From Lachnospiraceae bacterium (GTDB taxonomy: Bacteria; Bacillota; Clostridia; Lachnospirales; Lachnospiraceae), in the NCBI GenBank assembly GCA_022793195.1, contig JAAWCJ010000023.1:38812-102811 (forward strand): a stretch of 64,000 nucleotides of DNA, in the 5' to 3' direction. Both the position numbers and the translations under genes were made by a program. The notes beneath the pieces are model-generated. The model did not search any database. It saw only the letters and a program-made list of their open reading frames with translations, and was not told the origin of the DNA. Position 1 is the stretch's first letter; every line of letters begins with the position of its first letter. This document shows, one piece after another, positions 56,089-62,502 of the stretch.

Positions 56089-56841
56089 ATGAAGCGCAAG
56101 ATGGAAATCAACGGCCTTACCATAGAGGCAGAATATCCAGATAAAACGGTGGAAACCATATTTTTACCGCTGTTGTCCGGTTTAAGCCGGAAGCAAAGGG
56201 AGCTTGGAAGACGGCTGGTGGTGCTGCTGGCAGCGCCTCCTGCCACAGGAAAAAGTACATTGGTTAAATTTCTCACACAGCTTTCGGGGGAAACGCCGGG
56301 ACTTGTCCCGGTGACGGCGGTGGGCATGGACGGGTTTCACCATTATCAGGAATACCTGCTTTCCCATACGGTTTTCCGGGATGGAAAGGAAATCCCGATG
56401 ACTTATGTGAAGGGGGCGCCCGTCAGCTACGATCTCGATGGTTTTCGGGCCAGGCTTTCCAGAGTCCGCACGGAAAAGGCCTGCCCCTGGCCGGAATACA
56501 ACAGGAAGCTCCATGATCCTGTGGACAATGCGGTTTTGATTGAGGGGGATCTTGTGTTGATCGAGGGGAATTATCTGCTTCTCGACCAGGACGGATGGCG
56601 GGATTTGAGAGATTATGCGGACTATACGATACGGATCCTGGCAAAGGAGGAAGATGTGAGAGACAGGCTCATCTGGCGGCGGGCCAGCAACGGTGTGCCT
56701 CAGAAAGAGGCAGAGTACATGGTTGACAGCAATGACCTCCCCAATGTGCGCCTCTGCATGGAAGAGTCCATGGAAGGCGACCTGACCCTGCGGCTTGACG
56801 GAAGCGGGGACTATGAATACGTATCCGGGAGACTGCCGTGA
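56089..56841 (+). CDS. P-loop nucleoside/nucleotide kinase family protein (uridine kinase/PRK-like)
   Basis: Walker A APPATGKST and the pattern LIEGNYLLLD typical of PRK/udk-like kinases. GC content is like the backbone. Confidence 0.55.
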   Translation: MKRKMEINGLTIEAEYPDKTVETIFLPLLSGLSRKQRELGRRLVVLLAAPPATGKSTLVKFLTQLSGETPGLVPVTAVGMDGFHHYQEYLLSHTVFRDGKEIPMTYVKGAPVSYDLDGFRARLSRVRTEKACPWPEYNRKLHDPVDNAVLIEGDLVLIEGNYLLLDQDGWRDLRDYADYTIRILAKEEDVRDRLIWRRASNGVPQKEAEYMVDSNDLPNVRLCMEESMEGDLTLRLDGSGDYEYVSGRLP

Positions 56842-56981
56842 GGCGGGGAACGGTTCGAGCGTATTGTTGTCAGCGAAGGCCGGAATTTTTTTACGGTGTA
56901 TGATTGCGAAAGAGAATAAAGTTGGTTATACTGTAATTATAGATTCATTCGCAGAAGGATTGCCGGAAAGGATGGCATAAT

Positions 56982-58130
56982 ATGCTGAAAAGATTTACAG
57001 TAAAAAATTTTAAAAATTTTAAAGACAGTATAAGCATAGATTTTGAAAATATCGCCGGTTATCAATTTAGTACGGATTGTATTGTGGACGGATTGATCGG
57101 CAAGATGCTGATTTATGGAAGAAATGCGACAGGAAAGACGAATTTAGGAAAGGCGATTGCGGATATCCGCTTTACATTGTTTGGAGGACTGGTTAAAACA
57201 GGAAGTTTTCTTAATGTAGATTCACAAGAAGAGTCCGCTGCTTTTTCGTATGTGTTTCAATTTGGAGACAAGGAGCTTACTTACCGATATGCCCGGTATT
57301 CGGAACGAGAAATGCGTGAAGAGGAGCTGCTTATAGATGGGCAGACGATCTTCAGGTGTGATTTTTTCAATGAAGAGTATAATTTTGATAATCTGAAATA
57401 TATCGGCGCAGAGACGGCGAATACGGAAAGGTATTTACAAAATTCTCTTGATGAAGATGATATGGAGGAGACTTTAGGCCCTAGATTGCCTTTCTTGAGA
57501 TGGCTGACCAGCAATGTGGCCTTTGGGAATGATTCGCCGGTAATCCGCTTATCCGATTATGCCGAAAAAATGTTATTTATCACTGTAGGAAGTGTTACGG
57601 CATTTCGTTATCGGAGAATCAATGACAGATTTTTTGAAGCATTGGAAAATGAGGGAAACCTGAAGGGTTTGGAAGAGTTCTTAAATGCCATGGGGGTTGA
57701 ATGTAAATTGGTATTAATGAAATTACCGGACGGGCGGAAGGAGTTGTATTTTGCCCATGAAACGAAGCTGCTACCTTTCTATGAAAGCGCTTCCAGCGGT
57801 ACTCTGGCGTTAGTGGATTTATATCGTATAATTTTAAGAGCAGGAAGCGCTTCTTTCTTATATCTGGATGAATTTGACGCATTTTATCATTACGAGATGG
57901 CGGAAACGGTAATCCAATTTTTTAAAAAGAAGTATCCAGGTTGCCAAATGATTATTACCACGCATAACACCAATTTGATGACGAACCGGCTGCTGCGTCC
58001 GGACTGCCTGTTTATTCTGTCAAGGACCGGGACATTGACGGCGCTTTGTAATGCGACGATGAGAGAGCTGAGGGAAGGGCATAACCTGGAGAAAATGTAT
58101 ATCAGCGGGGAGTTTGAAAAATATGAATGA
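56982..58130 (+). CDS. ABC-like AAA ATPase (AAA_15/AAA_21-type), candidate defence ATPase
   Basis: MLKRFTVKNFKNFKD... N-terminus, Walker A GRNATGKTN, a signature-like SASSGT, Walker B FLYLDEFDAFYH, and an H-loop IITTHNTNLM. Strongly AT-rich. Confidence 0.75.
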   Translation: MLKRFTVKNFKNFKDSISIDFENIAGYQFSTDCIVDGLIGKMLIYGRNATGKTNLGKAIADIRFTLFGGLVKTGSFLNVDSQEESAAFSYVFQFGDKELTYRYARYSEREMREEELLIDGQTIFRCDFFNEEYNFDNLKYIGAETANTERYLQNSLDEDDMEETLGPRLPFLRWLTSNVAFGNDSPVIRLSDYAEKMLFITVGSVTAFRYRRINDRFFEALENEGNLKGLEEFLNAMGVECKLVLMKLPDGRKELYFAHETKLLPFYESASSGTLALVDLYRIILRAGSASFLYLDEFDAFYHYEMAETVIQFFKKKYPGCQMIITTHNTNLMTNRLLRPDCLFILSRTGTLTALCNATMRELREGHNLEKMYISGEFEKYE

Positions 58131-59151
58131 TTATTGGGGGACCGGGAGAAAACGAGGCCGGAGCCTGTTGATTGTAGAGGGGAATCACGAGAAAAATAAG
58201 TTATTCCGGCTGATTTTCCAGTGTTTTCCTGAAATTCATATTGATATGGATGATATCTGGATTTATGGTACTAACATATATGTACTCTATGGAGATATTG
58301 TGAAAGAATATGGCAGTGGGTGGAGCGAGGATGATACTGTCGGTATTGATTTGCCGTTTATCATCAGTAAGAAGCAGCATCCGGCTCAGCTCTGTTATAA
58401 AAGGGATTTTATAAACATTATTTTAGTGTTTGACTACGAACGCCATGATACGAACTTTTCAGAAGAAAAAATCTTGGAATTGCAAAATTATTTTGTTGAT
58501 GGGACAGATATGGGGAAACTGTATATCAATTATCCTATGATAGAATCTTACCAGCATTTAAGGTCATTGCCAGACGAGGAGTACGTAAACAGGAAAGTAT
58601 CTGTGTCTTTACGGCCGGGAAAAGAGTATAAAGCATTGGTCAGGGATGAAACAGTGCTTTCTGCACATTTTGGTTTTACGCATAAAGTGGAGGGATTGCT
58701 GAAAGAACATTTTGAGATTCAGGAAGAACAGATATGGAAGAGGTGTTATACGGCAATTTTAAATATTTCTAATGTATCAGATATGGACGCGACATTGGTG
58801 GATACTTTGCAAAATCATATTGGAACAGACCAGCTGCGGACAGCAAAGTATCAGTTTAAAGATTTAATACTGAAGCAGGGATACATACAGAATGGCCAGA
58901 CCTATTGGGAATATATGCGGGATGTGTTCAAACAGATTATATACCATAATATCCGTAAAGCAAAGCATGTTCAGAGTGGCTATCATGAGATCGAAGAAGG
59001 TCAGTATAAAGAGTGCTTTGAACAGCTGGATTTGGCAGAGATCTTAAAGATACAAAATTTGGGCAGCCGGGATGCTGAAACAGGATTTATCTGGGTGTTG
59101 AATACCTGCGTGTTTTTTGTAGCAGAGTATAATTTTGGATTGGTAGTGTAA
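58123..59151 (+). CDS. Toprim-like RloB/DUF4435-related protein with unrecognised C-terminal helical domain
   Basis: The ATG overlaps the upstream stop codon (ATGAATGA); the track start is a TTG at 58114. LLIVEGNHEKNKLF, ILVFDYERHD and INYPMIESYQHL resemble the RloB motifs (IvcEGekTE.nYF, vvfDrD, P.FE.W..H). The family call is from motif memory. Confidence 0.6.
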   Translation: MNDYWGTGRKRGRSLLIVEGNHEKNKLFRLIFQCFPEIHIDMDDIWIYGTNIYVLYGDIVKEYGSGWSEDDTVGIDLPFIISKKQHPAQLCYKRDFINIILVFDYERHDTNFSEEKILELQNYFVDGTDMGKLYINYPMIESYQHLRSLPDEEYVNRKVSVSLRPGKEYKALVRDETVLSAHFGFTHKVEGLLKEHFEIQEEQIWKRCYTAILNISNVSDMDATLVDTLQNHIGTDQLRTAKYQFKDLILKQGYIQNGQTYWEYMRDVFKQIIYHNIRKAKHVQSGYHEIEEGQYKECFEQLDLAEILKIQNLGSRDAETGFIWVLNTCVFFVAEYNFGLVV

Positions 59152-59162
59152 TTATTTATTAC

Positions 59163-59426
59163 TTCCACGGACGATTACATTGCCTGCCAGAAAAGCGCCG
59201 CCGAGATTGGCAACGGTTATTAAAGACAAATGAACGATACCCTCAAAAATCCCACAGACGGCTTTCCGCCCGTATCCTTAAGCATTGGCGGCGCCTTTTC
59301 CGCGCAAGGGTTCTCTGAAAATCTCTCTATGTGAAGGCTGACAGCGCCCTTTACGCCGTCAAGGAATATGGGAGGTGTGGGTGCCAGTTTTATGAGGAAA
59401 AGAATCAGCAGAATATGGATACATAA
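59163..59426 (+). pseudogene. 3' remnant of a GGDEF (diguanylate cyclase) domain gene, frameshifted
   Basis: ...PVSLSIGGAFSAQGFSENLS, then a frameshift near 59330, then VKADSALYAVKEYGRCGCQFYEE-stop. This matches the characteristic end of GGDEF domains (vSiGia...ADeALYrAKr.GRn). Upstream TSTDDYIAC may be a degenerate GGDEF site. There is no start codon or N-terminal part. Confidence 0.45.
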
Positions 59427-59474
59427 AATGCTTTTTATGCCAAGTGGCCAATATTATCATCCGGTTTTTATGAG

Positions 59475-59503
59475 GTATAAAATTCCTTCGTTTACAAATA
59501 CTA
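59475..59503 (+). promoter_or_regulatory. possible forespore (sigma-G/F-type) promoter of spoVT
   Basis: GTATA, 17 nt, AATACTA, compared with the consensus GHATR-N17/18-CATxxTA. Confidence 0.3.
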
Positions 59504-59548
59504 GTATCACGCAAAATACCAGTATGGATAAACGGAGGAATTTTTATT

Positions 59549-60097
59549 ATGAAAGCAACAGGAATCGTGAGAAGGATAGATGATTTGGGACGGGTGGTGA
59601 TTCCAAAAGAAATCCGCCGGACTTTACGGCTCAGAGAGGGTACGCCGCTGGAAATCTTTACCGACAGAGAGGGCGAAATTATCCTGAAAAAATATTCTCC
59701 CATGGCGGAGCTTGGGAATTTTGCGAAGCAGTATGCGGATGCATTAGCCCAGTCCACCGGCCTTGCGGTCTGTGTCACCGACAGGGATCAGGTCATTGCG
59801 GTGGCCGGAGGAGCGAAAAAGGAGCTTTTGCAGAAGGGAATCAGCAAAGCGTTGGAACAGTCCATTTTAAACAGAAATAATGTGATGGCAGGAAAAGAGG
59901 AGGGGCAGTTTATCCCGGTGACTGATGATGATACGGATGAGTATTCCGGTGAAGTGACGGCGGTTATCCTCTGTGAAGGGGATGCCATTGGTTCTGTCCT
60001 CCTGCTTTCCAAAGATCCGAAATATAAGATGGGGACGTTGGAGCAGAAATTGGCGTCCACAGCGGCAGGTTTTTTGGGGAGGCAGATGGAAAGCTGA
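59549..60097 (+). CDS. spoVT: stage V sporulation protein T (AbrB-family regulator)
   Basis: MKATGIVRRIDDLGRVVIPKEIRRTLRLREGTPLEIF SpoVT/AbrB swapped-hairpin N-terminus plus a GAF-like C-terminal domain. It occupies the conserved position after mfd. Confidence 0.9.
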   Translation: MKATGIVRRIDDLGRVVIPKEIRRTLRLREGTPLEIFTDREGEIILKKYSPMAELGNFAKQYADALAQSTGLAVCVTDRDQVIAVAGGAKKELLQKGISKALEQSILNRNNVMAGKEEGQFIPVTDDDTDEYSGEVTAVILCEGDAIGSVLLLSKDPKYKMGTLEQKLASTAAGFLGRQMES

Positions 60098-60137
60098 CGG
60101 AAAATATGTTATGCTTTAAAACAGGAGGATAAAAAGA

Positions 60138-60548
60138 ATGGAGACAAAAGAAAAATATACATTTGAGGAACTAAAGGAAATCATTGCTAAACTTCGCTCA
60201 GACCATGGCTGCCCCTGGGACAAGGCCCAGACCCATGAATCCATGCGAAAATGCCTTCAGGACGAGTGTGATGAAGTCCTTGAGGCCATTGATAAAAAGG
60301 ATATGGAAAATCTCTGTGAGGAGCTGGGGGATATCCTTTTGCAGGTTATGATGCACAGTCAGATTGCCGCGGAAGAAGGGGATTTTACGGTGGAAGAGGT
60401 TATTTCCGTTTTATGCCGGAAGATGATCAGACGCCACCCCCATGTGTTTGGCGGGGAAAGCTATGAAACTGCTGAGGAAAGCAAATCCCGCTGGGACGAA
60501 ATCAAACGTCAGGAAAAGGAAGCCAGGAGAATGGGGATAAAGTTGTAG
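60138..60548 (+). CDS. mazG: MazG-type nucleotide pyrophosphohydrolase domain protein
   Basis: CPWDKAQTHESMRKCLQDECDEVLEAI...ELGDILLQV and RRHPHVFG. Confidence 0.85.
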   Translation: METKEKYTFEELKEIIAKLRSDHGCPWDKAQTHESMRKCLQDECDEVLEAIDKKDMENLCEELGDILLQVMMHSQIAAEEGDFTVEEVISVLCRKMIRRHPHVFGGESYETAEESKSRWDEIKRQEKEARRMGIKL

Positions 60549-60564
60549 GAATGGAGGAAATTTC

Positions 60565-60593
60565 TTGACAAAACGCTCTTATCAGTTTATAAA
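60565..60593 (+). promoter_or_regulatory. putative sigma-A promoter of hup
   Basis: TTGACA, 17 nt, TATAAA. Confidence 0.45.
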
Positions 60594-60648
60594 TAATTGG
60601 AGAGCAATATTGATTTCTATGAACAAACCGTAGGAGGAACAGTTAATT

Positions 60649-60924
60649 ATGAACAAAACCGAATTAATTGCAGCGGTGGCTGAAGAGGCGGCGCTGTCCA
60701 AAAAAGATGCCGAAAAGGCGGTTTCTGCATTTATTGACGTTATCAGCGAGCAGCTGGTAAAAGGAGAAAGGGTACAGCTTGTGGGGTTTGGCACTTTTGA
60801 AGTGTCTGAGAGAGCCGCAAGGGAAGGAAGAAACCCCAGAACCGGGGAGACCATGAAGATTGAGGCTTCCAAAATGCCCAGATTCAAGGTTGGCAAAGCG
60901 CTGAAGGATAAAGTAAACAGCTGA
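60649..60924 (+). CDS. hup: HU-family DNA-binding protein
   Basis: [12 protein letters not shown]...[42 protein letters not shown]. Confidence 0.95.
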   Translation: MNKTELIAAVAEEAALSKKDAEKAVSAFIDVISEQLVKGERVQLVGFGTFEVSERAAREGRNPRTGETMKIEASKMPRFKVGKALKDKVNS

Positions 60925-60997
60925 TCGGATGTGTGAGAAATCAGGAGCTGACGCAGGAGAGGTCTGCGGCAGCTCTTTTGTTACAGAGGAAAAGTAT

Positions 60998-61237
60998 ATG
61001 AGACTTGATAAATATTTAAAGGTTTCAAGAATTATTAAAAGAAGGACAGTGGCAAATGAAGCTTGTGACAGCGGCCGGGTATTTGTCAACGGGAAACAAG
61101 CCAGGGCTTCTTTAAATGTCAAAGAAGGGGACATTATTGAGGTTCAGTTTGGGAACCGGTCCGTAAAGGCGGAAGTGTTAAAGATACAGGAAAGTACAAA
61201 AAAGGAAGATGCGGGAGAAATGTTCCGTTATCTGTAG
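60998..61237 (+). CDS. yabO: S4-domain RNA-binding protein (YabO/Hsp15-like)
   Basis: MRLDKYLKVSRIIKRRTVANEACDSGRVFVNGKQAR. The start was set at the ATG at 60998. Confidence 0.8.
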   Translation: MRLDKYLKVSRIIKRRTVANEACDSGRVFVNGKQARASLNVKEGDIIEVQFGNRSVKAEVLKIQESTKKEDAGEMFRYL

Positions 61238-61300
61238 TCATAGGCGCTTTTTTCTCCGCATAGAATCCCAATAGGACTCGGGCAGAAGGGAGAGAAAGGC

Positions 61301-61588
61301 ATGGAGGAGCAGAGGCAGAGGGCAAAACCCCATAAGATGACGCTGGATAAGCGGGCCTATGCTGTTATAAGCGGAGTAGAGGATGTAATATCTTTTGACG
61401 AGAAAGAAATAATTCTGGAAACAACCCTTGGACGTCTGACCATCAAAGGGGAGGATATGAAGGTGAGCCGCCTGACGGTGGAACAAGGCGAGGTGGAGAT
61501 CGGGGGCCGTATGGACAGCTTTGTCTATTCGGAAAGTCGCGGCAGAAAGGCGCAGGGAGAATCTTTCCTTGGCCGATTGTTTAAATAA
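61301..61588 (+). CDS. yabP: sporulation protein YabP
   Basis: HKMTLDKRAYAVISGVEDVISFDEKEIILETTLGRLTIKGEDMKVSRL is typical of YabP, and the synteny is conserved. Confidence 0.85.
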   Translation: MEEQRQRAKPHKMTLDKRAYAVISGVEDVISFDEKEIILETTLGRLTIKGEDMKVSRLTVEQGEVEIGGRMDSFVYSESRGRKAQGESFLGRLFK

Positions 61589-62214
61589 TGAGCGGCATGA
61601 TCCGCCAGGAGGCGGATTTTCTTTTGGTATCCCTGTTTTGGGGGGTGGGACTGACTGCTGTTTATGATTGTCTGCGCATTATAAGGGTTGCGGTCAGACA
61701 TGCTTCCTTCGCCATTGCTGCAGAGGATTTTCTTTACTGGGTTTTTGCCGCTTTTTCGCTGTTTATCCTTTTATTTTCCATGAATGACGGAAATCTCCGG
61801 TGGTATGCCCTGGCCGGGGCGGGGGCCGGAATGTGGCTTTACCATATTACTTTGAGCCGCTTTCTTGTGAAATGGCTGGGGGCTCTTTTAAGCCTGGTCA
61901 TGAAAGGACTGGCCTTTCCGATGAAAATCTTGGGGGGGCTATTGAAAAAACGGGTAAAATGGCTTACAATAAAACTTAAGAAAAAGAAACAGGACATGAA
62001 ACAGAGCCGGGCGCCGGGGAAAAAGAGCAGGGAGGAAAGCGGTGGCAGGAAGCAGAGAAAAGAAAAGATACCGAAGACAAAGCAAAACAGTCGTCATGGG
62101 AATTCTTCTGGTGACTCTTCTCTTTTGCGGAATTCTTTTTTACAAGACAAAGACGCTGCAGGCCAGGGACAGCCGGTACGCAGAAAAAGAAAGCAGACTG
62201 GAAGGCCAGATTGA
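61588..62214 (+). CDS. yabQ: spore cortex biosynthesis protein YabQ with long basic C-terminal extension
   Basis: A 4-TM N-terminal ~130 aa (FLLVSLFWGVGLTAVYDCLRIIR...), then a K/R-rich tail that overlaps the next gene by 173 nt. The position after yabP is conserved. Confidence 0.7.
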   Translation: MSGMIRQEADFLLVSLFWGVGLTAVYDCLRIIRVAVRHASFAIAAEDFLYWVFAAFSLFILLFSMNDGNLRWYALAGAGAGMWLYHITLSRFLVKWLGALLSLVMKGLAFPMKILGGLLKKRVKWLTIKLKKKKQDMKQSRAPGKKSREESGGRKQRKEKIPKTKQNSRHGNSSGDSSLLRNSFLQDKDAAGQGQPVRRKRKQTGRPD

Positions 62215-62353
62215 GGAGGAAAAGAAGACAGCGGAAAAATTAGAGGAACAGGAAATTTACATGCAGACAAAAAAATACATAGAAGAAATTGCAAAGACAA
62301 AACTGGGGTTGGTAAATCCCGGGGAAACCCTTATGAAACCGAAAGAGGAATAA
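62042..62353 (+). CDS. divIC: septum formation initiator family protein (DivIC/FtsB-like)
   Basis: Basic N-terminus, TM segment VVMGILLVTLLFCGILF, a coiled coil, and the C-terminal IEEIAKTKLGLVNPGE motif typical of the family. The true start may be an internal ATG. Confidence 0.75.
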   Translation: MAGSREKKRYRRQSKTVVMGILLVTLLFCGILFYKTKTLQARDSRYAEKESRLEGQIEEEKKTAEKLEEQEIYMQTKKYIEEIAKTKLGLVNPGETLMKPKEE

Positions 62354-62357
62354 GACA

Positions 62358-62413
62358 AAAGCGGGGACCGCTGTAGAATACATAATCCTGTATTCTGCAA
62401 TCGTCCCCGCTTT
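62358..62413 (+). terminator. long-stem terminator after divIC
   Basis: AAAGCGGGGAC ... GTCCCCGCTTT with an inner stem TGTAGAATACA/TGTATTCTGCA. Confidence 0.6.
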
Positions 62414-62414
62414 C

Positions 62415-62480
62415 TGTCGAAAACTTTTTTTCCAGGCCTGTCCACTTTCGACAGCCTTCCTGAATATAAAAGGTTATAAT
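62415..62480 (+). promoter_or_regulatory. spoIIE promoter region with two inverted Spo0A-box matches
   Basis: TGTCGAA at 62415-62421 and its reverse complement TTCGACA at 62447-62453. A TATAAT lies at 62475-62480 with a poor -35 that overlaps the second box. Confidence 0.5.
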
Positions 62481-62502
62481 AGTCTCTCAGGGAGGTATCG
62501 CC

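Noticed and set aside
56089-56841. Whether the PRK/uridine-kinase-like gene belongs to the putative defence cassette.
   Set aside because: Its GC content matches the backbone, it is separated from the ATPase gene by 140 nt, and there is no coupling. It is treated as a neighbour only.
56930-56938. A 9-bp match TGTAATTAT at both edges of the AT-rich cassette (56930-56938 and 59147-59155) as possible target-site duplication or att sites.
   Set aside because: A 9-mer of pure A/T/G in AT-rich sequence is likely chance, and the right copy lies inside the coding sequence. It is noted only as something to test if an empty site is found in relatives.
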